The notes under the pieces: model-generated
What the model was told of the DNA's origin: nothing
The model's database searches: none
Seen by the model: the letters and a program-made list of their open reading frames with translations, nothing else
Position numbers and translations under genes: made by a program
Shown: positions 50,912 through 61,826 of the stretch, in pieces
Position numbering within the stretch: position 1 is the first letter of the stretch
How the letters are laid out: every line of letters begins with the position of its first letter
Origin: Styela clava
Taxonomy: Eukaryota
DNA length: 64,000 nucleotides
Assembly: GCF_964204865.1 (NCBI RefSeq)
Contig: NC_135254.1
Location: 21,318,199 to 21,382,198, forward strand
Reading direction: 5' to 3'

Positions 50912-51830
50912 TCTCATTATCCGTCGGAAAAAATTTCATCCACTTCTTCCATTTAGTGTTCAGCTTTTTAGTGACTTCAACCACCTCATTATTCGTCGGA
51001 AGAAATTTCATCCACTTCTTACTTTTAGTGTTCAGCTTTTAAGTGACTTCAACCACTTCATTATTCGTCGGAAAAAATTTCATCCACTTCTTCCTTTTAG
51101 TGTTCAGCTTTTTAGTGACTTCAACCACCTCATTATTCGTCGGAAAAAAATTCATCAGGTTTTTAGTGACTTCAACCACCTAACTACCCGTCGGAAGAAA
51201 TTTCATCCACTTCTTCCTTTTAGTGTTCATCTTTTTAGTGACTTCAACCACCTCATTATTCGTCGGAAAAAATTTCATCCACTTCTTCCTTTTAGTGTTC
51301 AGCTTTCTAGTGACTTCAGCCACCTAACTACCCGTCGGAAGAAATTTTATCCACTTCTTCCTTTTAGTGTTCAGCTTTTTAGTGACTTCAGCCACCTAAC
51401 TACCCGTCGGAAGAAATTCCATCCACTTCTTCCTTTTAGTGTTCATCTTTTTAGTGACTTCAACCACCTCATTATTCGCCGGAAGAAATTTCATCCACTT
51501 CTTCCTTTTAGTGTTCAGCTTTTTAGTGACTTCAACCACCTCATTATTCGTCGGAAAAAATTTCATCCACTTCTTCCTTTTAGTGTTCAGCTTTGTAGTG
51601 ACTTCAGCCACCTAACTACCCGTCGGAAGAAATTTCATCCACTTCTTCCTTTTAGTGTTCAGCTTTTTAGTGACTTCAGCCACCTAACTACCCGTCGGGA
51701 GAAATTTCATCCACTTCTTCCTTTTAGTGTTCATCTTTTTAGTGACTTCAACCACCTCATTATTCGCCGGGAGAAATTTCATCCACTTCTTCCTTTTAGT
51801 GTTCAGCCTTTTAGTGTTTTTTAATTTTTC
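50912..51830 (-). repeat. 72-bp satellite array C (about 13 units, inverted orientation; right arm)
   Basis: Reverse-orientation units. Preceded by a (CT)8 microsatellite at 50897-50912. Confidence 0.9.
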
Positions 51831-52067
51831 ACCTTTGGGAACACTTCAACTTCCGTTTTCCCTCCACTTCATCCGTTTCTTCCTTCAGCCTTTTAGTGCT
51901 GTCCCCCCTTTGCGCTGTGGGCCCTCCCGCGACCGCGGGGATTGCGGCCTGCGGGGGTGGATGCTACGCCACTGTTGAAGATATTACAGTTATAGCGACA
52001 ATTACAGATTTCAGAATTTACGAATTCTTAAAATACAGCGATATCGGTATTTATGTATTACTGAAAG

Positions 52068-52285
52068 CGCTAGGCTACCGGTTCCGGTACCGTATATCTA
52101 TATTCTGATAGGTACCGGTACCGGTAGTGCGGAAACAGGGAGATGTATTTTAAGTTAAATATTGTACGGTACGGTACCTCACCCTAACAGACGTTCCGGG
52201 TGTACAGACTTTTCCGATTATACAGTACGGCAGTTCTCCGATACTAAGAATAGATAGTACCGGTACGGTACCGGTACCGGTAACA
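52068..52285. repeat. Clusters of palindromic GGTACC/GGTACCGG repeats upstream of the endophilin-B start
   Basis: taggctaccggttccggtaccg...aggtaccggtaccggtagtg...gtacggtacggtacc...gtaccggtacggtaccggtaccggtaac. Confidence 0.7.
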
Positions 52286-52927
52286 GGGGTTACATTGAAG
52301 GGAATCTATTATAACAGTGAATGTAACCCCTTCTTTTTCGAGCCAGTTTGGGCCTCCATATTGGCACTGTGCAATAAACTAAAAGGAAGCGCCATCTAAA
52401 AGAGTCACCATTGGATTCCACGGAAAAATAATTCGATTTACCAGATAAAATTTTTTTATTGTAGTTTCGAGAGTTTTTAGCAGAAAAAGCAATTTCGGTA
52501 TTTTTGGCTGATGCACATTGCAATTGATTGAAATTTTTATCGAGACAATCCTGCCACGATGTGCCGTTATGCCAGATGCCGTCAGTCTATAAATTAAGTG
52601 TTTGTTTTATTGAACCAAATGTCGGGACATTTCCGAATAGGGCAACTGTACCCTACTGCACTATCACCTATAAATCCGCATGTATTTATAAATTATTATT
52701 TTTAAACAACTCCTAAGGCAAAGGTTAAAATATATCGTATTTTGTGGTCTAAAGTCTGAAAGTCCATGCTGCCATTGGAAAAATTCTGTATATTGGGAAA
52801 TGTTGCTTGATTTCATATTATTGCTAAAATTCAGAGAACCTATAGTGAGATAGTCTGAATTGTGTTTACTGCATACACACAATTCTGCCATTTTGTGTGG
52901 TGAGATTTGTTATATTCAGAAATAAGG

Positions 52928-53011
52928 ATGGATATACGTTCAAAATTCTCCATGTCTGGTGTCAGACAAATGAGCTCTGATGCTTCAACATTGTTTACTA
53001 GAGCTTTGCAG
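52928..53011 (+). CDS. SH3GLB1: Endophilin-B (SH3GLB/Bif-1) coding exon 1
   Basis: MDIRSKFSMSGVRQMSSDASTLFTRALQ versus human SH3GLB1 MNIMDFNVKKLAADAGTFLSRAVQ. Donor CAG|GTGAGA. The track ORF starts at an upstream TTG. Confidence 0.8.
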
Positions 53012-53354
53012 GTGAGAAATAAAATTTATATTCAATTTATTTTGACCAATTTAAACGTTTTTCAACAAATCTTTGATGCAGTGCTTCTATAATTATGAAA
53101 TGATTTCATTCTTGAGAATGAAGGCCTAATGTTTACCAATCTCTTCATTGTGGACCAGCTAAAATGAACAACTACTGCTTAGTGATGTGACAAGTTCCTC
53201 GAATAGAAGTATAATTTCAAAATTTATTATACTACTGTACTCTATCCTCTGTAGGCCTATTAATAATTTGTCGAACTTGCTGACCTGTGACTTTGTTTAT
53301 ATGGAACTTTTTTCTATCAACGGTATGTTTTTTTTCCAACCAACCTTTTTGCAG

Positions 53355-53496
53355 TATACAGAGGAAAAACTGGGCAGTGCAGAAAAAACTGAATATGATG
53401 CAAATTTTGAAAATCTTCTCGAGCGTTATGATCGCACTAAAAACTGGACTGAAAAGTTGAAAACACAGACAGAAATATCATTACAACCGAATCCAA
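53355..53496 (+). CDS. SH3GLB1: Endophilin-B exon 2 (BAR domain)
   Basis: YTEEKLGSAEKTEYDANFENLLERYDRTKNWTEKLKTQTEISLQPNP versus human FTEEKLGQAEKTELDAHLENLLSKAECTKIWTEKIMKQTEVLLQPNP. Confidence 0.92.
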
Positions 53497-53601
53497 GTAG
53501 GTCAATGGATTTTTAGAATTTCAATATGGTTATTACTCTTGCCTAATACCTGATCACTCAAGATCTAGCAAAACTAAAGCTAAATATTTTCTATTTTTTA
53601 G

Positions 53602-53730
53602 ATATGCGTATGGAAGATTTTGTTTACACAAAATTAGATAGAAGGCCACCTGAACGTGCAACAAATCAAGAAATATTAGGTGCTACTATGATTGAAGCAG
53701 GGAATAGTTTCGGTCCTGGTACAGCTTATG
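53602..53730 (+). CDS. SH3GLB1: Endophilin-B exon 3
   Basis: NMRMEDFVYTKLDRRPPERATNQEILGATMIEAGNSFGPGTAYG versus human NARIEEFVYEKLDRKAPSRINNPELLGQYMIDAGTEFGPGTAYG. Confidence 0.92.
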
Positions 53731-54465
53731 GTAAGATTTATTCTCACTTTTCAGACATATGTCATACAATAACCAGAACTAGTGGTTCTTGGTTATGTTA
53801 TCTATTTGGCATTTGCAAATAGACAGTCAGCATTTATTATTAACAGATCATGCTTGTTTGTGACATATTCCTATTCCAGCAACAAGTTCAATCTCATTGC
53901 GATCAGATATTTTTAAGAAACTTAGTTTCGATAGAACGGAGATTAGATCAGATTGGTAAAATTCCCTTTTCCAGTGAAAATTTTTTTATTTCAAGTTCAG
54001 TAAATATTGAATATTTAAGTAGAAAATTCATAATTATTATTCCAAGGTGAATTTTCTAAATTAGCAAGAATTATAGTGTAATTGGCTCTATCAGAGCATA
54101 CTTGTACTGAGAAGTGTCCAAAGTAATTCCAATATGTGTTACCGGTAGCTATAAACAATGTAGCGTATTCTTAATCAGGATAAGAATTTTATATGCCGTA
54201 ATATAATCTTTCTAAGAATACAGGGACCAGGAATATTGCCATGCAATAGTAATTATACTAATCAAAATATGATGTGCATATTGGTAAAAATCTGTTTAGA
54301 TTTTATGAACTGTAATTATAGAAAATGATTCAAACAATATTCATTTTTTCACTTTTGTAGGTACGGTATGTCTCTTTTCCCATTGTGTCATTTGTGATCA
54401 TATCTCCGGTAATAATTGATGCTAGTTTCATTAACATTATTATTTTGCTTTACTTATTTATTCAG

Positions 54466-54692
54466 GGAAGTCTCTTATAAAATGTGGAAACACTCAAATG
54501 AAATTAGGAGAATCAGAAAAAACACTCGTTCATACATCAGCAGTAAACTTTTTGAAACCACTCGCGAATTTTCTTGAAGGCGATTGTAAAACTATACAAA
54601 AAGAACGCAAGACGCTTGAAACAAAGCGACTTGATTTAGATGCGTGTAAAAACAGAGCAAAGAAAGCAAAATCACTAGAGGCTAGACAGTCG
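54466..54692 (+). CDS. SH3GLB1: Endophilin-B exon 4
   Basis: KSLIKCGNTQMKLGESEKTLVHTSAVNFLKPLANFLEGDCKTIQKERKTLETKRLDLDACKNRAKKAKSLEARQS versus human NALIKCGETQKRIGTADRELIQTSALNFLTPLRNFIEGDYKTIAKERKLLQNKRLDLDAAKTRLKKAKAAETRNS. Confidence 0.95.
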
Positions 54693-55159
54693 GTGGGTAT
54701 CTTTATATTTTATAACGCCATAAATAGTCAGATACGACACAAAATCAATTCTGAATAATATTTTATTGGCATTTTTGCTTAATACTTATCATGTGATCCC
54801 ATGAGATTAACACCAGCTGTTGCTATTTTTCCACTTTCCCAGTTTGCATTTAGGTAAATGAATAGCTATGAATGGCTTACAGAAATATAGATAAAGAGCA
54901 TGTGGCAAGGTCCGAGGCTACAAAGAACGATGGGATCTTTGTAAAAATTGCCACAAGGAGATATACTGATTGATTTACTGTACCAAGTATTATAGCAATA
55001 TGGTAATATACTACCACTTCCAAACCTTTTCATTGCATTTGACATGCTCAACCAAGAATTGGAGAACTCCTAGATGTATTTATTTTTGCTGTAAAATTTG
55101 TAGAATAACATTCGATGTTTTTTATCCAAGTTATATCTAATCAATACATTATGTTTCAG

Positions 55160-55249
55160 GCCGAAAATGATTTGAGACTTGCGCAAACTGATTTTGATCG
55201 TCAACATGAAATAACAAAATTACTACTTGAAGGATTAAGCAGCACTCAT
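55160..55249 (+). CDS. SH3GLB1: Endophilin-B exon 5
   Basis: AENDLRLAQTDFDRQHEITKLLLEGLSSTH versus human SEQELRITQSEFDRQAEITRLLLEGISSTH. Confidence 0.95.
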
Positions 55250-55699
55250 GTAAGTAAGAATTTTGGAGAAATGTTAAATGTTTATAAATAGTAAATACAA
55301 GTTATCATTACCTAGAGACTGGGATGGCAACTACTGAAAAATTCACTATTTTGAATACATTTTTTTCAAATAGGAAATATTGAATATACTCTAAAATAAA
55401 ATCAAGTAATAGAAGCTTTTCATAGAGTGTGAAAGAATTTTCATATAATAATAAACAATGGAATAAAATTTTCCTCCAACCTGGCTAAATTAAGTGGAAG
55501 CCTTGCAAGAAAATAGTAACGATTTCCACGGCGCAACCGTGCATGAATATCACCACAGTAAGCGCCACGATTGCACATAAGTTAACCAACAATCAAAGTT
55601 CCGATTCTATATTGCTGTTATGACAACATATGACAAAGCGCAGAAAATCATTTGAAGATTTCTCTCGAAAATGAAACATCTTGCTGACAACAAAAAGTG

Positions 55700-55782
55700 G
55701 CCATTATTCTAAAAATCAGATGAAAAAATATTCGAATATATTGATATTCGAATATTCAATTCATTTTGGACAACCCTTCCTG
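55700..55782. repeat. Truncated end of the same hAT-like family (..ttcgaatattc..ttttggacaaccc)
   Basis: Matches the right terminus at 59800-59856. No partner terminus nearby. Confidence 0.4.
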
Positions 55783-58482
55783 ACTGATTGACTGATTGCC
55801 TTTTAAGTATTACCGTATATCTTTTAGCTAAATATTAGCAAAAGTAAATTAATTATAACTTTCAGTATTGAGTAAAAGTGCCCAATTTAATTTACTTTGA
55901 TCTTTATGAAATGGAAGCATGAAATTGGTAACTTATTGCTGCAAAAAATATTCTAACTGTCCTTTTCATTAGTTCGTATGACAATAGCTTTAGCCATTAA
56001 CCCAAAACACAAACTTGAAAAAGATGTTTTTAGATATTGAGGAAATGTATATTTTTGATTTCCATTAAGCTCGTGTAACTCGCTACACATGGATTTAAAA
56101 CTCATGAGTATTGCTATGAGTAGTGATAAGATATGAGCCTAATAAGCACTTACTCTTCATAGCAGAATTTCCTAAGTTTTTCGCGAAAGAATATTTCATC
56201 AACAATTGAAATGTGTTTGATTTGATGATATAGCCCATGTTATAAAACTAATGTAATACCTGGGGATTTACAAGCATGCTTTCTTATATCAATAATTATA
56301 GATTATTGTTATAATCATAGCTTTTGTCGGATTATGAAACTTCAGAATGCCCAATCCATATAATGAAAAATTGATTTTGTGTTTAAAAGTGGAGTTTAGA
56401 ATATAATATGCCATATGGAAGTAATATTTTTCAGAGCTTATTCACTTCCACTTATTAAGTATTGTAAATGTTACCAACATAATAACACAAGTTACAGTCA
56501 GACTAAATCAAGATGTATTCTTCTTCGTCCACCATATCCTAAAAGCTACATAGAACATACTAATTTTGTATCTATTGGCAATTATTTGTATCTATTCATC
56601 AAGCTTTGCAATTCCCTGATATATGTAAATACCAAACAAATCATTCCAGCATTTATACGAGTACTATCATCTGGCAGTCACATGCAAACAATCTATTTAA
56701 CAGAAGTGTGATCCTCGTTTCTTTGCTATATTTAGCTTTATATTAAATATTTCAAACCAATCTTTTGGCTGAGTAATTTTAGACATAATACAAAATCATA
56801 AATAAAACATCCAAATATTTGAGCCTCAATGTAGATTTTAGATTTGTTAGCTATAAATTTTGCTTAGAAGTGTAAGCTCACATCTGAATACTTCTACCAT
56901 TCATTAATTCAAGTTTAACTATCATGGCTGTTATTGAAGAAGAAATTTAATAATGTTTATAAATGTTGTACCCTACTCACAAAGAATGTTTAATTAAACA
57001 CATCTATTTGTTTTTTCAATTCTCTGGTAATATTTTTGGTCTAAAATGTATGGATGAAATTTTGTATTATATAAAAACAAACTGAATCACTCATGCAAGG
57101 TTTCAGGTATGCTGATTCATGCTCTCTTCAGTACATAATAATTTATACAAAAGATTTACTTGTTTACTATTCGGGCTGTGCAACTATGGTTTTGGCATGT
57201 GATAGGGTTCTGTGCACACAGCAGAGCATGCATCTTAAATCAATACTATAACACTGATATCTTCATTACCCTTTCCTACCTTTGGAAATGTGAGAGTTTT
57301 GTGAGAAATTTTGTAATTTCTTATTTGATAATACATATAATTGCATTAATATAAATTTGACAGTATTGTATTCACAGATCTCAGATACCCCAATAATATA
57401 AATCCTTGGTTTGAATAAACCTGTTTAAAGATACAACATGATTTCTGTCATGTTGAAACTATCGGAATTACACTGAAAAGCCAATATGACGTAATTCATG
57501 AGTCACCTATTGTTTAGACAGGACGTAGCTATTTTAATAATGATTCAGTTTTACTTTGTAAGGTTATGATCCAGCCATGCTGATACATTTATACAGTTTA
57601 TGGTTATGTCATCACAAGCATCTGTTGATTTAATCTTCACCTTAGTATGTTCTTGCCTGTACCAGTCAGCAGTCGCAATTCTGCCAATGGCCAGGCAAAG
57701 CAGTGAACATTTTTCCTGCACAATTATAATCTGATATTTTTCTGAACTATTAAATCATAACTTCGTGGGTAAACAGTTTATTCACTGTTTCTTATTGAAC
57801 AATGACATTTTATATATCTGGGCTCAGTCAAATATACATGTGAAAAATGTGACCTTGTATTTTTCAAAACTACGATAAGTTGGAAATTCTACCTGATAAA
57901 GAAAATTTTATAGCATGCATTACCCACAAATGATTTAACGAATGTTGAAACTAATTCAGTTTCTCATTTATATATAGGCAGTGGTTATGTCTAATTGATC
58001 ACGGATGAATGGATAATGAAAGGTTATTCAGTTCAGATTAAGGCGTGTCGTCGGTCATATAGAACAATATTATTGATTTATTATTTTCTTGACCTGAAAT
58101 TTTATATTGAAGTTATACAGTCACATTCATGTAGTGATACAAAGACAGCGATACATTTACAATTTTTTTGATAAAACTTTGGATCTAACAATGTGTGAAA
58201 GAGTCCCCACCATTTACTAGATTACTGTTTATAATATTGGAATGGGTTTCGCTTCAATATTCTGGATTCAATTTAATAAGTATTCTTGAAATTAAATTTT
58301 TCTGACTTGCCCATTCTTATCTGTAAAATTATATATTGCAAGTTTGCATAATAAAGTAACAATTGTATGATGAAATATTGCAAAATTATGTAAATGGGGA
58401 TTTCTCTTTTCACTTCATTATTTAATGGATTCAAATTATTTGTCATTCATACATTCACTAATGTACCTCTTATTTTTTACAG

Positions 58483-58583
58483 TCACACCACTTTCGAAGT
58501 TTGAATGAATTTATTGAAGCACAGTCACAATATCACGCATCCTGTCATCAAGTAATGCAGGAACTCAAAGCTGAATTGAATAG
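58483..58583 (+). CDS. SH3GLB1: Endophilin-B exon 6
   Basis: SHHFRSLNEFIEAQSQYHASCHQVMQELKAELN versus human AHHLRCLNDFVEAQMTYYAQCYQYMLDLQKQLG. Confidence 0.92.
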
Positions 58584-58909
58584 GTGAGACTGCTCGCCGC
58601 TTGAATATATTGAATCATGTGAATATTTACATATTTGATCAACGAGTTGCTACTCGCTATGATAGTTAAGATCTTCTATAATCAGCTTTGGTTCCCCGCG
58701 TCTTCCCTTCACTAGTGAAATGTTTATTCAATATTTTTCGTCTTAATGTTGCATGATAATTTTTTTTACTGGATGGAAAAAAAAAACTCGACTAAGACTA
58801 TAGACTGAAAAATATTTCAGTAAGGCTGAATATTCAATTGAATTCAATATTTGGCGCTCCAGAAGTGTGTGTACCAATATGGAGGTAACTAATTTTGTTC
58901 ACCTACTTT

Positions 58910-59856
58910 TAGGGCTGTCCAAGCGAACCAAATATTCAAAATCGAATCGCAAATTATTCGAATCGTTTTTCGGCTAATTTTCGAATCGCTAAGATTAGCT
59001 ACATAAAGCAGAAACCACCTTTGCAGGACTTTTTTTATGGGGCAAGCGGCGGCGCTTCGAGTTTAGACCACTCTCGCTCCTGGCTTAATTGGTTTCCCGA
59101 TATCCGCCCGGTGGCACATGATTAGCCATTTCATGCATGGTCATCATAACTTAAAAGTTATCGGTAATGACTTTTTTGAGCGAGAACAAGGAGGAACTTG
59201 GTACAGGCAACTCAAAGCTGAAACAGGTGTTTTGGGATCCTTATGATGGCAATACCTTATTTCAATGGAATTTGTAATTTCTTATGATGGCAATACTGTA
59301 TTATTCATCAATATACCAAGACAAATAATTGCACTCTTGATTTTTGATGGCTGTTTTACACTAACAATATTAAAGTCATCAAACTAGCTTCGAATTTGTT
59401 AAATGCAATTTTGAATTTGAGCAACAGATTTATCTATATTAATGGTTGTTATTATTTGCTGAAAATTACACAAAAAAACATAACCCTAGTGAATAGAATT
59501 AAAATAGCATCTACAGGCTTTACATGTCCTATTAAAACTGAATCCATTAGAATTGAGATTGTAATTTTTACCCTTAACACTCAACAGTTTTCGAGACCCA
59601 AATTTTGGAGTCCTCAAAATTTTTTGACCAGTTCATACAAGCGTGTGATCTCCTTTCATAAATCTGAAAACATTGTATTGCAAAATACCAGCAGTAAGTA
59701 AGATGTAACTGCACATACGTCACCACAACATCGAAGGGCAGGCGTTTATTGTATAATAGAGACGGATTTAGGATTGCGCAATAATATTCGGTTCGATTCG
59801 GCGAAAATATTTGATTCGATTCGAATCAAAAAATTATTCGATTTTGGACAACCCTA
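58910..59856. mobile_element. hAT-like non-autonomous element, 947 bp (TIR TAGGGCTGTCCAA / TTGGACAACCCTA), 8-bp TSD CCTACTTT, inserted into a SINE/MITE-like copy within endophilin intron 6
   Basis: TSD at 58902-58909 and 59857-59864. The empty site ttcgCCTCCTTcacatcaag is visible in the paralogue at 3270-3290. Internal TTCGAATATTC-type subterminal repeats. Confidence 0.8.
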
Positions 59857-60387
59857 CCTACTTTACATCAAGTTGTGTAAAGGGACTGAAACCTATGGGC
59901 AGGGGTATATTCACTTGGCTAACACAGACAGTCCTTGAACTCGTAATAAACCTAAAACAAGGAAAATCTGAATGAAATTATAGCCTAACGCCCAACCCTA
60001 AACTGGTACACACCACGGTAGTACCCAATATTTTACCAATACAGCTTACCAGTACAATTATTTCATAAAATACATGAATAATTTTGTCAACACTTCGATT
60101 TTCTCTCATTAAGCATTAAATTTTATCACGACCAGTTTCATTGAAACAGTGCTCACATAGATAAAATTACATAAGGTTTTTCTACTCTTCTCTGCAATAA
60201 ATCTTTTGTCATTTTGCCCGATGCATATATTGCTGTAAGGTTATGCGATAGTCGCTTCTCTTCTCTTGCCTTTTTTGCTAAATTTGTCATGTGTAGGCCT
60301 ACTGGATGTCTGAAGTTGGTTTCCGTTACATGTGAGCAGTAAAACCTCTCAATTTAATCTCTTAACCTCTAATCTCTCAATTTACAG

Positions 60388-60574
60388 CTTAGGTGATTCA
60401 CCAACAGCAGGTGCAGGTTCATTCAACCGAGCACTACAACCTTCAGCTCCTGTTGATGTTAATGATATAACAGCAAGAGATGCGAATTTACCTTTCATTG
60501 GATCACGAAAAGCGAGAGTTCTTTATGACTATGATGCCAACGACACAACTGAGCTATCTTTACTCGCTGACGAG
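60388..60574 (+). CDS. SH3GLB1: Endophilin-B exon 7 (linker plus start of SH3 domain)
   Basis: ...IGSRKARVLYDYDANDTTELSLLADE versus human SGSRKARVLYDYDAANSTELSLLADE. Confidence 0.95.
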
Positions 60575-61721
60575 GTATACGACCACATCCCCGAACAAAA
60601 TTTTACTTTAAATTTTCTGACGCCACACTCAACCAGCTCCGACATGGGGTAATTGATTTTCAAGTATATAACAAAACTTTGTCGTTTTGTTGTGTCCTAC
60701 CAATCATCTTTTCGGAATGTTAAAAATTTTATTTTTCATTTTGCTATGCCAATGTATACCTATTTTGGACTGATTTGTGATTTTAAGTTTGATTTCAGGT
60801 TTCATTTCTTTTCTATTGTTCCAAAAACAATTAGCCTATTATATTGAAGGATTTTTTTTTCAATTTGAAACAATAGTATTGTATGAATCAGTCATGTTGA
60901 ATCAAGACGCCCGAACTTCAAAACCCCTTTAGGATCATCAATGATATGACATTTGATAATTTATCTCTCCATCTCTCAATAGTTTTTAAAGCATATACTG
61001 GGAATCACAGACATCTTGTTCCATTAATTGACAATTTATGCACCCTAATAACAGGAATTGTCGTCTCCTGCACATACCCACATAATGCAGTTCATTGATG
61101 ACCTATTCTCTATGATTTTCCTTAGTAAATGGCACGTTGGTGTACATTGGATTCGTCCAAATTCTTATGAATAAATATAAAATGATATGATTCTAAAATT
61201 AATGATTTGCCATTGATTACATGATTAAGAATTAAAAAACAATCTTAAGATGCAACAGGGAAAAACTTTTATAATTTCAATCATAATATGATATATAAAA
61301 GATACTTACAATATAGGGAAACTTGCTCTGTTGTCAGGATATCTGTCAAGATTTATCATAGTGAATATGATTTTTTGTGCTTCAAATTTATTTTGCTATG
61401 TATATCATTGATAACAATCTATTTCCTTGTGCTCTGCATGGATTTCTCTCAATTTCTTTCAAATGTAAAATCACAGCCAGTTGATTTAACCACAATAATA
61501 TCTTACATTTAATTTGAGCATAAAATTTCTGTATTGTGACTTTGAGTATTGTTGAAGTATTAGTATGTTTAATTATCAGAATCTTTTAATTATGATTACG
61601 GCCCAAAGTTCAGATTGCTACTTCCATGCCCACTTGACTCTCAATCAATAGTTAACGGCATCAAAATTTGGAAATCACCAAAATGGGTTATTTTTCAAGC
61701 TTCTTATTATTTTCTATTTAG

Positions 61722-61826
61722 GTAATTACAGTTACTGCTGTCCCTGGTATGCATCAAGATTATGTGATGGGGGAAAGACGATCATTAAAAGGAAAAGTTC
61801 CACTCACATACATAGAGATTCTATGA
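61722..61826 (+). CDS. SH3GLB1: Endophilin-B terminal exon (SH3 domain C-terminus, stop TGA 61824-61826)
   Basis: VITVTAVPGMHQDYVMGERRSLKGKVPLTYIEIL-stop versus human VITVFSVVGMDSDWLMGERGNQKGKVPITYLELLN. Confidence 0.92.
   Translation, partial: VITVTAVPGMHQDYVMGERRSLKGKVPLTYIEIL

Larger units (their letters stand above)
41975..51904. mobile_element. ~9.9-kb Foldback/MULE-like element with long terminal inverted arms made of a 72-bp satellite, and an 8-9-bp TSD CCCTTTGC(G)
   Basis: Left end CCCTTTGCG|GGACAACACTAAAAGGCTGAAGGAAGAAAC...; right end ...GTTTCTTCCTTCAGCCTTTTAGTGCTGTCC(C)|CCCTTTGCG. The non-array subterminal ~110 bp are also inverted copies. No transposase ORF is recognisable inside. 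Confidence 0.55.

Noticed and set aside
52907..52927. ORF-track start at 52907 for the endophilin first exon
   Set aside because: The codon at 52907 is TTG. The track uses alternative (GTG/TTG) starts, as also seen at the 10189 GTG and the 25248 GTG. The conserved MDIR... start is the ATG at 52928.
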